64,000 nt of DNA from Cetorhinus maximus (taxonomy: Eukaryota): contig NC_135903.1 of NCBI RefSeq assembly GCF_964194155.1, forward strand, positions 9,424,001 to 9,488,000. Direction: 5' to 3'. This document shows, piece by piece, positions 38,405-51,989 of this stretch. A model generated the notes under the pieces. That model was not told where the DNA came from and did not search any database. It saw only the letters and a program-made list of their open reading frames with translations. How positions within the stretch are numbered: the first letter of the stretch is position 1; each line of letters starts with the position of its first letter. Made by a program: the position numbers and the translations under genes.

Positions 38405-39370
38405 AACAATAAGTACATGCATTTATGTAGTGCCCTTAACATAGCAAATGTCCCATGTGCTTCATAGAAGCATTATCCAACAAAATTTGACCCCAAGTCA
38501 CAAAAGGAGATCTTTGGGTAAATGATTAAAGGTTTGGTCAAAAAGGCAGGTTTTATGAGCGAGCTTCAAGGAGGAAAAAAAAGTGGAAAGGTTTAGGAGG
38601 GGATGTGAGTCAATGTGGGCCAGCGAGCACAAGGGTGAATGCGCCTTGGTGTGCATGAGGATAAGGGCAGAAGATAGGACGGTCAGGAGTGAACTGAAAG
38701 TGTCAAGAATGGAGACAACAAAGGCATGAATGCTCATCTGCTGCTAAAATCTCAATGTTAAGGAGACGGAAGTAGGCAGTTTTCGTGATAATAAATAGGA
38801 ACAGGAGTATAGGCCATTGGTCTCTTGAGCCTACACCGCTAGATGGAGCAGATATATGATCAAAAACTTATCTTTGGGTCAAATATGACACACCAAGATA
38901 AAAGCAAAAAACTGCGGATGCTGGAAATCCAAAATAAAAATAAAAATACCTGGAAAAACTCAGCAGGTCTGGCAGCATCTGCGGAGAGGAACACAGTTAA
39001 CATTTCGAGTCCATATGACTCTTCAACAGAACAACTCAGCAGGTCTGGCAGCATCTGAGGAGAGGAACACAGTTAACGTTTCCAGTCCATGTGACTCTTC
39101 AACAGAACAGATGCTGCCAGACCTGCTGAGTTTTTTCAGGTATTTTTATTTTTATGACATACCAAGGTTGCAAATCGTTCAGCTCATCCTCAGACAATGA
39201 CAATGTAGAGGGATGGAGTCAGTGGCTGGAGAGCCAAGTTTGTGGTAGGCAACAAAGATAATGGCTTTGGTGTTCCCAAAATGTAACTGGAGGAAATTTC
39301 TGAACATGCAGTAGTGGATGTCAGACATGCAGTGTGACAAATCAGATCAGTCCAGAGGAAAGTCCGCATC
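38405..39370 (-). mobile_element. Decayed L2-like LINE 3' region, interrupted by CR1-tail and Penelope-type inserts
   Basis: L2-type tail catgcatttatgtagtgcccttaacatagcaaatgtccc...cttca at 38415; degenerate RT signature at 39190-39370. Confidence 0.55.
38898..39152 (-). mobile_element. Penelope-type insertion: tandem 76-bp dimer plus inverted arm
   Basis: Units 38957-39032 and 39033-39108 each contain the hammerhead motif on the minus strand; inverted arm 39107-39152; TSD tatgacacaccaag / tatgacataccaag. Confidence 0.88.
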
Positions 39371-40205
39371 ATATAAATGGAAGTATTATTAAAAATATTC
39401 AATGGAACAAGAGGACTATGGATGTGTATACGTGAAATATAACTGGGCAGAGCTGAATTGTATTAGATGCAAGGTGCATCTATAACTTATGGTTATGTTG
39501 AATTATCTTTGGGGAGGGACAGATGCAACTTTTGTTCATGGGGTTTTTGCATGCGGTACTCACTTCTGTCAGGAGGCTAGCATATTGGGTAGAGTTCATG
39601 ATAGGCCAAAATATACACGTTTTCAGATGGGAGGGAACCAATGAGCCAACTGACATTTTATAATTTCATACCAGATATGCTTGCTAGAAAGAAAACAAGA
39701 ATATGCAGAAGATAGGGGGCCCTCAATATAATTTTTAAGATGGCACCTAAGGTTTGATGATGAAGATTTGCGTTCTAATCTTTCTGAAATTAGGACTTAA
39801 TTGAACTCCAACTCACGCATCCACAAGACTTCATAACTGTAGAAACCTGGTCTCCCTCAGCTCGCCCTCCTACAATCTTCAGGCTCTGTAAGTCCATCCT
39901 CCTGATAATCACAACTTGATTTTATATCACTTTGCTTTTAATTAACCAAGGTCTTTTGCTTTAATTTTCTATTAATGATCCAATTAATGCCCAGAAATTT
40001 TATTTCACACAAAACAAACGTCTTTCTCATGAGTAAATTATTTCAAGCTGTTTTTATATGTTTCTGTTCTACATCTCACACACATACACACTCACTCGCA
40101 AGTTACAAAATACATCAAGAAAGAAATGGCCTCATGTGGGTACCATTTTCATCTCAAATAGCAGATGTACTCAGTTAGATGTTGGCAGCAAATAAATGAC
40201 AACTT

Positions 40206-40316
40206 TAAAAACAAAAAAAGGGTCATGAAGGGTCATGTGGACCCGAAACGTCAGCTCTTTTCTTCTCCACCGATGCTGCCAGACCTGCTGAGTTTTTCCA
40301 GGTAATTCTGTTTTTG
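40206..40316 (+). mobile_element. Short Penelope-type insertion (hammerhead 5'-clipped)
   Basis: tgaaGGGTCatgtgGACCCgaaacgtc; exact 13-bp TSD taaatgacaactt (40193-40205, 40317-40329). Confidence 0.88.
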
Positions 40317-40677
40317 TAAATGACAACTTCAGTCTGGCATCCAGGAGCACAAGATTGATATTTCACTACAGAGTAGAAAGAATTCCAGTCAGTGAATCAC
40401 TCCAGGCCACTTGGAGATACTACCTTCCAACCAAAACAATAGCTTCGTTGGCAGAGGTTAGGAATAGATCAACTCTCCTCCCTCTATCAGTTTAGCACAA
40501 ATGGATCCATCAGGTTGGAAGATAACCTTGAAAATATTTCCCTGTTCTATTTGAAATAAAAGGGAAACCTAAGAGCCAAAAATAATTTTAAATAATTGAA
40601 CTTTTAAAATAAATGAACTGCACTCTTTCCTTCTGAGTAAAACAATTATTGCTTATTTGCAACATACCTTTATCTTT

Positions 40678-40880
40678 GCAGGTCTAGCAGCATCTGTGGA
40701 GAGGGAAACAGTTAATGTTTCAGGTCCATATGACGCTTCTTCAGAGCTCTGAAGTGTCCCAAAGACCTCAAAACGTTAACTATGTTTCTCCCTCCACAGA
40801 CTCTGCTAGACCTGGTGAGTTTTCTAGCATTTTCTGTTTTTGTTTCAGATTTCCAGCATTTGCAGTATTTTATTTTTATT
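40678..40880. mobile_element. Inverted (palindromic) Penelope-type insertion
   Basis: Arms meet at the palindrome cttcagagctctgaag; exact 11-bp TSD cctttatcttt (40667-40677, 40881-40891). Confidence 0.82.
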
Positions 40881-42514
40881 CCTTTATCTTTACTGGTTTT
40901 GTCCTTGTGACCTGCCAGGTCACCAACAGATGGCCCCATTATTCCACTAACCAGCTCTATATACATTGGGACATACAAAATCTGTGCCAAATAGTTCTAT
41001 GGCAGAAACTTGCAGGCTTGTAAATTATTTTTATGTTTTTACTGCCACTGACAACAATAACTTGTATTTATATAACACCTTTAACACCATTAAGAAGCAC
41101 TTCAGAGGTGTAATCAAAAACAAAGACATACGAGCTTGGCCAATAAGGTGGGTTTAAGGAGGATCTCAAAATGAGGTACGTAAAAAAAAGCTCAGATGTT
41201 TATGTTCTTCTATTTTACAATTAAAAACATTTTTTGATATGATGCAAACCATCATAATGAAAATGGTTCATTTATAGACAAATATTAGACATGTTATTTG
41301 CGCTGCTGAAAGAATAAATACAAACTCAAAGCAAATATGCCATTCTTTCCCAGATCATTACTGTCAGGGTTTTAAATAAGTGATCTTCAAGAGGTCACAA
41401 AACAACATCTCATCCACGACTAATCTTCTCCCAGGTCTCAACCAATGCTAAACTGAACTGTCTGCTCTCAGTTTCTCTCCACTGTTGGTTTGGTGTTTTC
41501 TGCACAGCTAGACAACTAAAATAGGGAATTTACTCTGTCAGGCTGCATGTGCAATCGACATCTCACCATATCCAAGAACCACGTATGGGTGCCTGAAGTG
41601 CTGAAACACTACTGTCAAAAATACAATCCAGTTAATTCCATGAAGCAATATGAAATTATTCTAAGCAGAACATGGTATTCCTAGAAGTGATTATGGCTTT
41701 GTTTTAGAAAATGTCAAAATGCTACAAAGATCAAATCAGATGCTACTTTGCTGGAAGAGGTACACTTAGACATTCTCCATTATAGATTTTTTTCTTATAA
41801 AATAGGTAACTTTTATTTCATCTCATAATTTTGACTTCCAAAACAAGTAGCCAGTAGATTTTTCCCCAGTGAAGATGGCATGGGTGAAATTCAGCCTAAA
41901 GGAGCAAACTCCCTCTTATAATTAATGTATAATTAGTGCTTTACACCAGGTGCTATCAATCAATGCTGGTGATATGTCCTGAAGCTGTTCTAGTAATGGC
42001 TCAGCAAATACCTGTCCCAGACTTGTTGCAGCAGGTATGAAAATGAAGCTCAGCAATTTGGGAAAACAGCCCTTCCATGTCTTTTAGCTTGAATTTAGAT
42101 TTTGCTTGCCTCGTTTGATCTAAATCTCACCATACTATAGAACCTTGTATTGGTACCCGAAGTGATGAACATTAACTTCGCTCAAAATTAGCTTCATTTA
42201 AAGCTAAACAAACAATAAGATCAACACTGTTAATTTCATACTTTTAAGAAATTCTTCCCCAAACATGCAACATGCTGTGGGATTAACAAGCTCATTTCAA
42301 ATTGAAGTATTATTGGGCACAGGATATCTCTTTCATTGAGTATAAATACCACAAACCACAATTGGGTGGAAGTGCGGCGTAAAAGTTTCTATATCTACAT
42401 AGAGTCACTTATGTACATGGCATTTGAACCAATACCCATTGGCAAGGCTGCAGTTAGAAGACTGCATCCATTTATGAACTCTTCTCAGTCAAAACTAAGG
42501 GTATCAAGAGACTC

Positions 42515-43312
42515 CATTGCCTAACAAAAATTTGTCTAACTCTGCCTTACATAAATTCAAAGGCCCAGCCTCCACGACTTTCTGGGGAAGAGAATCCCCA
42601 CACAACAACAACCCTTTGGGAGAAAAAGTTTCTCCTCACTTCTGTCATAAAAGGGAGATCTCTTATTTTTAAACAGTGTCCCCTAGTACTAGCCTCCTCC
42701 ACAAGAGGAAACATCCTCAGGGTATCCACCCTATCAAATCCCCTCAGCAGCTCATATATTTCAGAAGATCATCTCTCATTCTTCTAAACTCCAATGAGTA
42801 TAGGTCTAACCTGTTCAATCTTTCTTCATAAGACAATCCCTTCATCTCAGGAATGAGTCCAGTGAACCTTCTCTGAACTGATTCTAAAGCAATTATATAT
42901 TTTTTTAAATAAGGAGACCAAAACTGCACCCAGTACTCCAGATGCGGTCTCACTAAGGCCCTGTACAGCTGTAGTAAACCTTCCCTACTTATAAATTCCA
43001 TTTCTCTTACAATAAATGCCAACATTCCATTTACCTTCCTGATCGCTTGCTGTACCTGCATACTAACTTTATGTGATTCATGTACTAGAATGCCTAGATC
43101 CCGCTGTACCACCAAGTTCTGCAATCTTTCTTTATTTAAATAGCATACCGTTTTTCTATTCTTCCTGCAAAAGTGAACAAGTTCACATTTACCCACGTTA
43201 TATTCCATCAGCCAAATTTTTGCCCACTCACTTAACCTGTCTATAATCCCTTTGCAGACACTCTACCTCCACCTGACAACTTACTTTCCTACCTATCTTG
43301 GTATCATCAGCA
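42515..43312 (-). mobile_element. CR1 LINE ORF2 C-terminal fragment
   Basis: ORF 42744-43208 (YNVGKCELVHF..LYRALVRPHLEYWVQFWSP..LEFRRMRDDL). Confidence 0.92.
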
Positions 43313-44249
43313 TTCAGGAACAGGAGCCAGTATAGGCCTTCCTCTCACTGTGTGCAACAGCTTACTGGTGTCTAATTCACATGCTGTATCATGGAGGGAT
43401 AGAACATGAGTTTGTACCTGCAGTTCATCATGTAACCAGCGTCTTCAGTCAAGACACAATTAAGTAAGGAATATTTGCTTTGTGATTTATATTGTACCAT
43501 AGAAGAAAATAAACAAAAGAAGAAATCAGGATGTTGGACAAATTGTAACCAGTAGATGTGGAGGAAGATATCTTTGATAATATTTTTACCTTAAGGATGC
43601 AAGCAAAAAGACAAGCAAGTTCTCATTCATTGGATTATTAGGATATAATTATACACTTGGAATCCTTTTGATTCATTGCTCTCCATCCAGGATGAGGTTA
43701 AACAAACCACATGCATGAATCTCAGTAATAATTTCATCTCCTACACCCCCTGACTTAACTAGCAAGAAAGAAAATATTCCCAAACATTTCAGGAGGTTTA
43801 TCTGTAGGTTATGATGGAAAATTCTCACTTCAATATGCCAAGAATGATTCTCAGAGTTGAAGGATATAGCTGAATCTCAGCATGTGGGCTGCACCACCAT
43901 TTGCTGCAGGCTTATTAAGAGTTTCTGGAGACACAAACCTAACAGGTCAATTGATAAAGGCTCATTCCACTGTCAGACCCATTCTCTCTATCCAGCTGGT
44001 TTGTTCCAAAATTACATTTTTGTGTAAGCAAATCAAAGTGACAGTATTACACTCTGTTGGCACTGGATGGATTTCAGAACTCACTGATAGCAGCAAGGTA
44101 ACACTTTATACCCATTTGTACAGTTTAAATACATTTGCAAACTACATACTTATTATTACATCATTTCTCAGTAACACCTTGTCTGTAAAATTATTATCCA
44201 AAGACGACGACTCTGGACTTGGGCCAGGGACAGAGTACGAGTACATGCT

Positions 44250-44603
44250 AAGTAGCAGTAGGCAGCCATTCTGCCCCTCGAGCCTGCTCCACCATTCAAG
44301 AAGATCATGACTGATCTGTTTGTGTTTTAAGTTCTGCGTTCCCATCTACCCTGATTATCTTTGATTCCCTTGCCTAACAAGAATCTACCTACCTCTGCCT
44401 TAAAAATATTCAGTGACCCCAATTCCACTGCCTTCTGAGGCAGACTGCTCCAAAGTCGCACAACCCTCATCGAAAAAATTTTTCCTCATCTCTGTCCTAT
44501 AAGGCTGACCCCTAATTTTAAAACAATGCCCCATAGTTTTGGACTCACCCACAGGAGGAAACATCCTTTCCTGGTCTACCTTGTGAAGACCATTCAGGAT
44601 CTT
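44250..44603 (-). mobile_element. CR1 LINE 3' end
   Basis: ORF 44400-44633 (KVDQERMFPPVGESKTMGH) and CR1 tail. Confidence 0.85.
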
Positions 44604-46045
44604 ACAGCCACAACACCGGCATCTACCTGGCAATGTGGAAAATTGCCTTGGTATATCCTGTACACAAAAAGCAGGACAGATACAACCTGGCCAATCACTG
44701 CCCGATCAGTCTACTCTCAATCAGTAAATTGATGGAAGGGGCCATCAATAGTGCTATCAAGCAGCACTTGTTTAGAAATAATCTGCTCACTGATGCCCAG
44801 TTTGGATTATGCCAGGGCCACTCAATTCCTGACCTCATTACAGCCTTGATTCAAACATGGACAAAAGAGCTGAACTCCAGAAGTGAAGTGAGAGTGACTG
44901 CCCTTGACATCAAGGCAGCAAGTGTGAGCAAGTGTGTCATGAAAGAGCGGAAGCAAAACTGGAGTCAAGGGGCATCAGAGGGAAAACTCCCTGCTGGGTG
45001 GAGTCATACCTAGCACAAAGGAAGATGGTTGTGGTTGTTCGAGGTCAATCATCTCAGTTCCAGGACATCACTGCAGGAGTTCCTCAGAGTAGTGTCCTAG
45101 GCCCAACCATCTTCAGCTGCTTCATCAATGGCCTTCCTTCCAACATAAGGTCAGGAGTGGGGATGTTCGCTGATGATTGCACAATGTTCAGCACCATTCG
45201 TGGCTCCTCAGATACTTAAACAGTCCATGTCCTAATGCAGCAAGACCTAGACAATATTCAGGCTTGGGCTGACAAGTGGCAAGTAACATCTGCGCCACAC
45301 AAGTGCCAGGCAATGACCGTCTCCAACAAGTGAGAATCTAACCCTTGACATTCAATGGAATTACCATCACTGAATCCCCACTATCAACATCCTGGGGGGT
45401 TATCTATTGACCAGAAACTGAACTAGCCATATAAATACTGTGGCAACAAGAGCAAGTCAGAGGCTAGGAATCCTGCAGCAAGTAACTTGCCTCCTGACTC
45501 CCCAAAGCCATTCCACCATCTACAAGGCACAAGTCAGGAGTGTGATGGAATACTTTCCACTTGCCTAGAAAAGTGCAGCTCCAACAACATTCAAGAAGCT
45601 CGACACCATCCAGGGCAAAGCAGCCTGCTTGACTGGCACCCCATCCACAAACATCCATTCCCTCCACCACCGACGCACAGTGACAGCAGTGTGTACCATC
45701 TACAAAAATGCACTGCAGCATCCTTCAAGGCTCCTTCGACAACACCTTCCAAACATGTGACCGCAACCACCTGAAATGACAAGGGCAGCAGGTGCATGGG
45801 AAAACCACCATCTGCAAGTTCCCTTCCAAGCCACACATCATCCCGACTTGGAACTTTATTGCCAGTCCTTCGCTAACACTGGGTCAAAATCCTGGAAACC
45901 CTTCTCTAAGAGCACTGTGGGAGTACCTATACCACATGGACTGCAGCGGTTCAAGAAGGCAGCTCACCACCACCTTCTCAAGGGTAATTAGGGATGAGCA
46001 ATAAAAATGCTAGCCAGCGATGCTACATCCCATGAAAGAATAATT
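44604..46045 (+). mobile_element. LINE family B, 5'-truncated
   Basis: WKIALVYPVHKKQD, GVPQSSVLGPTIF and MFADD motifs; tail ending catcccatgaaagaataa. Confidence 0.93.
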
Positions 46046-46544
46046 TTAAAAAAGGAGCTTGATAAGAGTAAATAAGGAGGAAACTATTTCCATTTGCCAG
46101 AGGACCAGGTTTAAGGTAATTGTTAAAAAAACCAGAGGTGTGATAAAGATTTTTTTTAATCAAGTTAGTTGTAATATGACTTGCACTGCCCAAAAGGGGA
46201 ATGGAAGCAGAATCAATGGTAATATTGTAATTGGAAAGGGGAAAAAAATTGCAAAGCTACAAGGAAAGAGTGGGACTACTTGAATAGCTCTTTAAAAAAA
46301 AAGCACAGCTATAATGGACCAAAAAGCCCCCTTATACGCCATAATATTCCATAATACTATGATCATTGATTCAGTTAATACCATGTGATACTAAATAAAG
46401 TGCACTTTAAGTACTAAAAGCTAAAAGAACCTGATGACTTCCTGGCTTCAGTGCCGAAGAGCTGCAATCAGAATTGCCACCCCCTTAAGCCATGATGTTC
46501 TACGATAGGTGTTACAATCTTATTTACTCATTTACTTGTATTTC

Positions 46545-48022
46545 TGGAAATAGTACTGAAGACTTGTGCTCCAGAACTAGCCGTGCCACAAGCCAAGCTG
46601 TTCCAATACAGCTACAACACTGGCATCTACCGGGCAATGTGGAAAATTGTCCAGGTATGTTCTATACACAAAAAGCAGGACAAATCCAATACAACAAATT
46701 ACCGCCCATCAGTCTATTCTCAATCATCATCAAAATGATGGACGGGGTCGTCAACTGTGCTATCAAGCAGCACTTATTCAGCAATAACCTACTCACAGAT
46801 GCTCAGTTTGGGTTCCGCCAGGGCCTCTTAGCTCCTGAGCTGATTACAGCCTTGGTCCAAACATGGATAAAAGAGCTGAACTCCAGAGGTGAGGTGAGTG
46901 GCTGCCCTTGACATCAAGCAGCATTTGACCGAGTGTGGCATCAAGGAGCCCTAGCAAAATTGGTCAATGGGATTCAGGGGGAATACTCTACACTGGTTAG
47001 AGTTATACCTAGCACAAAGGAAGATGGTTGTGGCTGTGGGACATCAATCGTCTCTGGGACATCGCTGCAGGAGTTCCTCAGGGTTGTGTCCTAGGTCCAA
47101 CCATCTTCAGCTGCTTCATCAACACCCTTCCCTCCAACATAAGGTCAAAAGTGCAGTTGTTTGAACAACATTCAGCGCCATTTGCAACTCCTCAGATACT
47201 GATGCAGTCAGTGTTCATGTGCACCTGGACAATATTCAGGATTAGGCTGATAAGTGGCAAGTAACATTTGTGCCACACAAATGCCAGGCAACGACCATCT
47301 CCACTAAGAGAGAATCTAACCATCTCTCCCTGACATTCAATGGCATTACCATCACTGAATCTCCCACTATCAACATCCTGGGGGCTACCATTGACCAGAA
47401 ACTGAACTGGAGCAGCCATATAAATGCTGTGGCTACAAAAGCAGGTCAGAGTCTGAGAATTCTGCAGAGGAGCTCACCTCCTGATTCCCTAAAGCCTGTC
47501 CACCCTCTACAAGACAAAGTCAGCAGTGTGATGGAATACTTTCCATTTGCCTGGGTGAGTGCAGCTCCAACAACACTAAAGAAGCTTGACACCATCCAGG
47601 GCATCCTGGCATCCCATCCGCCACCTTAAACATTTAATCCCTCCACTAACGATGCACAGTGGCAGCAGTGTGTACCATCTACAAGATGCACTTCAGCAAC
47701 TCACCAAGGCTCCTTCAACACTATCTTCCAAACGCACAACTGCTACCATCTAGGACAAGGGCAGCAGATGCATGCAAACACCACCATCTGTAAACTGCCC
47801 TCCAAGCTACTCACCATCCTGACTTGGAACTACACTGCTGTTGCTTCACTGTCGCTGGGTCAAAATCCTGGAACTCTCTTCCTAATAGCATTGTGGGTGT
47901 ACCTACGCCATATGGACTGCAGCAGTTGAAGAGGGCGGCTCACCATTACCTTCTCAAGAGCAATTAGGGATGAGTAATAAATGCTGGCCCTGCCAATGAA
48001 GCCCACATCCCATGAATGAATA
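46545..48022 (+). mobile_element. LINE family B, 5'-truncated
   Basis: QFGFRQG and GVPQGCVLGPTIF motifs; tail gcccacatcccatgaatgaataa. Confidence 0.92.
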
Positions 48023-48099
48023 ATACTCAGTTGTGAAATATTGCCCACTTACTTTCTGTCCACAAAAATAGTAAATCTAGCCCAGCCAACTAACACCTC

Positions 48100-48925
48100 A
48101 GAGATGGGAAGTGTCATCAATAGCAATATCAATTCCACTTAGTCACCAATAATCTCCTCACTAATGCTCAGTTCATGTCCCAGCAGCACAGTGAACTCAA
48201 AACCTTATTACAGCCTGATCTGAACAGGGACTGAATGTCAGAAGACAAAGTAACTGCCTTTGAAATCAAGAAAATATTTATCCAAGAATAATCATCACAG
48301 TCCAGGACAATATAGTAGGAGCTCCTCAGCAAATCATCCTTGTCTCAACCATCTTCAGCTGTTTAGTGATTATTTTTATAATGATGAGTAGCTCAGGAGT
48401 GGAGCTGTTTGTTGATTATTTCTTGTTTAGCTATATTAGCAATTCATCTGTTAATGTAACAGTCCATGCCAGTCTATGACAGAGCCAAAACAGCATACAG
48501 GTTCATGCTGACAAATGGCAAGTGTACATACGCAGCAACAACCATGTTAATAAGAAAAGTCCTACCCACCTCTGGCAATCTTTAAAGTACAACCATCTAC
48601 ATCTTCCATCACCAGCATATTGAATTTCAAATATATACTATCTACAGGGTTACAGCAACTCAGCAAAGTACTTCAACAGTGTCTCCCAATCTTGTAACCT
48701 CCACAATGAAATAGGTAAGAGCAGTAAAAGCACAAGAGTGGCATCACCTCCACCTTCCACCCTTTTTAACACACAACTCGACTTAGATAAATACTGTCAT
48801 TCCTTCATCGTCACAGGGTCGAAATTCGTCACTGAAGGGCACTGCAGGAGCACCATCACCACAGGGGTGCAGGGGTTCAAAGTCACCCAACACCACTTTT
48901 TCTGAATAAATGCACTATGCCACAT
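48100..48925 (+). mobile_element. Older, decayed LINE family B relative
   Basis: Colinear degenerate matches (aataatctcctcactaatgctcagtt; accatcttcagctg; gacaaatggcaagt; aataaatgc). Confidence 0.65.
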
Positions 48926-49324
48926 TTTAAAATAAAATAAGCACAGCTGTTGAGTGCCACTCTAATGTATCTCTTTTAGGATTCTTTAACAGGTACTGTC
49001 TCTTCTGTTTAATGGATTTGCAATCTTTGTTATTCTTCACATTCATAATGGTCACTGCTAATATTTCCCAGATGTTGACATCTCTGATGTACAGGAAAAG
49101 AATGCATACTTTACAGGAAAAGACTGACCATGACTGGGAAACACCAAAGTTATAAATACAATACAACCTTGAACCAGATCTTTTCCTGTTGAACAGCATT
49201 AAGAAGAAAAACACTTAGTTTCAATGCTTTTTGCTGTTCCTGCACAGAAGAAAATAATGCCATCACATAAGATAAGAGTTCAGAGAAGCAGAAAATCTAT
49301 TCAGCTGATGGAGTCTTTTTTTTT

Positions 49325-50582
49325 ATTATTACTCATTCATGGGATGTGGGCGTCGCTGGCTAGGACAGCATTTATTGCCACTCCCTAAATGCCCTTGAGA
49401 AAGTGGTGGTGAGCTGCCTTCTTGAACCACTGCAGTCCATGTGGTGTAGGTACACCCACAGTGCTGTTAGGGAGGGAGTTCCAGAATTTTGACCCAGCGA
49501 CAGTGAAGGAACAGCAATATATTTCCAAGTCAGGATGGTGAGTGTCTTGGAGGGGAACTTCCAGGTGGTGGTGTTCCCAAGTATCTGCTGCCCTTGTGCT
49601 TCTAGATGGTAGTGATCATGGGTTTGGAAGGTGCTGTCCAAGGAGACTTAATGAGTTTCTGCAAGAGCGAATGTTTGTGGGTGGGATGTTAATCAAGCAG
49701 GTTGCTTTGTCCTGGATGGTATTGAGCTTCTTGAGTGTTGTTGGAGCTGCACTCATCCAGGCTAGTGGACAATATTTCAACACATTTCCGACTCGTGCCT
49801 TGTAGATGGTGGAATGGCTTTGGGGAGTCAGGAGGTGAGTCACTCGCCACAAGATTCCTAGCCTCTAACCTGCTCTTGTAGACACAGTATTTATATGGCC
49901 AGTCCAGTTCAGTTTCTGGTCAATGGTAACCCCCAGGATGTTGATGGTGGGGAATTCAGTGATGGTAATGCCATTTGAATGTCAAGGGGCAATGGTTAGA
50001 TTCTCTCTTGTTGGAGATGGTCATTGCTTGGCACTTGTATGGCGCAAATGTTGCCTGCTATTTGTTAACCCAAGCCTGGATATTGTCTAGGTCTTGCTGC
50101 ATTTCGATATGGACTGCTTCAGTATCTGAGGAGTCACGAATGATGCTGAACATTGTACAATCATCAGTGAACATCACTACTCCTGACCTTATGATGGAAG
50201 GAAGGTCATTGATGAAGCAGCTGAAGATGGTTGGGCCTAGGACACTACTCTGAGGAACTCCTGCAATGGTGTCCTGGAACTGAGATGATTGATCTCGAAC
50301 AACCACAACCATCTTCCTTTGTGCTAGATATGACTCCAGCCAGCAGAGAGTTTTCCCTTTCATTCCCCTTGATTCCAGTTTTGCTAGGGCTCCTTGGTGC
50401 CACACTTGGTCAAATGCAGCCTTGATGTCAAGGGCAGTCACCCTCATCTCACCTCTGGAGTTCAGCTCTTATGTCCATGTTTGAACCAAGGCTGTAATGG
50501 GGTCAGGAGCTGAGTGGCCCTCGTGGAACCCAAGCTGAATGTCAGTGAGCAGGTTATTACTAAGCGCATGTCGCTTGATAGA
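49325..50582 (-). mobile_element. LINE family B, 5'-truncated
   Basis: ORF 50058-50447 (ALDIKAAFDQVWH..GVPQSSVLGP..MFTDD); tail at 49325-49390. Confidence 0.93.
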
Positions 50583-50716
50583 CCATATAACTCTTTCAGG
50601 ACTCCATACCACCAGTTTAACCTCTTAGAGGCTCCTATAGATATAACTTTAAATTCCCCAAAGTCACTGAGTTAAACTCTACAACCTCTATTCATCCTTG
50701 ATGGGCCAGCTGTCAA

Positions 50717-50812
50717 CTTCTCCACTGATGCTGCCAGACCTGCTGAGTTTTTCCAGGTAATTCTGTTTTTGTTTTGGATTTCCAGCATCCGCAGTAGCTT
50801 TTAGCTTTTTGT
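50717..50812 (+). mobile_element. Penelope-type short insertion truncated downstream of the hammerhead
   Basis: cttctccactgatgctgccagacctgctgagtttttccaggtaattctg, nearly identical to the 40.2 and 56.3 kb copies. Confidence 0.8.
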
Positions 50813-51989
50813 TTCCATCCCTTACATAGTTACGCTCTGCACAGCATCAAGGATGTACAATGGAATTGGGGGCGAGGGGGTGGAATTGTTGCACAGGAAG
50901 AAGCTAATGATATTGGAACGCTATTTCTGTAGCTTTGTGGCTCATCCAGGAGTCTTACTCTGCAACTCAGAATCATGTAATCAAAGATGATAAATTACTG
51001 TAATTTTTTTCAGTAGATTACAGGTTTCACAATTCTTGTATTAAAGTGGTTGCTATGGGGACAGTCAAGAAAGAATTCAGAGAACCAAAGTTTATTTAAT
51101 TGCAAAACAGCCCTTTTCCTACAATTCCTCCAAGCAGCCTGAAACCAAATTAATGCCCTGCCTAGCAACTTCTGGAAGCAAGAGTTGAGAGTAGCCCTGA
51201 AAGGGCAGTTCAGTATTGCATTCCCTCAAAAAATTACCCTGCTAAATCCAGCAATGCATCAGTACTTTCCTTTAATCAGATAAGTCAGCCAAATCATGCA
51301 GCAACCAGTAATTAGTATCTTTGCACCTCTAAACCACAATGGCACAAAAACAGGGCTCTCTCCAGTGGGTACTGCAGATGAAGACTAATTTACCAAGAAA
51401 CCTATATTCAATGTATGCAGTAGGGGCAAGGCAAAGGATTTAAATTGTTGAAGTTAACAATTTATTTAACATACTGCAGAGAACATTCTGTAAAGTAATT
51501 GCTAAACAATAATGTTTGACTTGAACAGCTTTTAATGTTCTTCAAATGTATTCAAAATAGACAGTTTGTTACAGTCCCTAATAAATAGGATAAATGTAGC
51601 TCTGCGGCTGTAACTTAATCCAAGTTCAAAGGATTTGACAAAACATGACTGCAAAGTTAATTTATCGACAGTAAATAAAATGTTAACTTTTAATTCTCTC
51701 CAATTTTGTACAACACAAAGAACAAATCAAGAACTGTTAGTACATTACGTACCATGTGATACTAGTTCTAAGCAGACACATTACACACACACAAATTAAA
51801 CACTGTTAATATTGAATTACTAAACATTCCTTTACATATTCAGAGAATAACACATACTGTACAATGTATTACAATATTGAGAGATGTAGATACCAACATA
51901 AACTACAGGAGCTAAGCTTATGCATCAACTTAAACGTATGATGTTATATCGCGATATAGTTCCTGGCAATCAAAATGATAAGGGATTGT

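Noticed and set aside
38957-39108. Direct repeats as a CRISPR-like array
   Set aside because: Only two contiguous units, no unique spacers, no cas genes, eukaryotic context; they are a duplicated Penelope-type unit.
43882-44310. 142-aa ORF as an exon
   Set aside because: No recognisable homology or convincing splice sites, and it runs into a CR1 tail.
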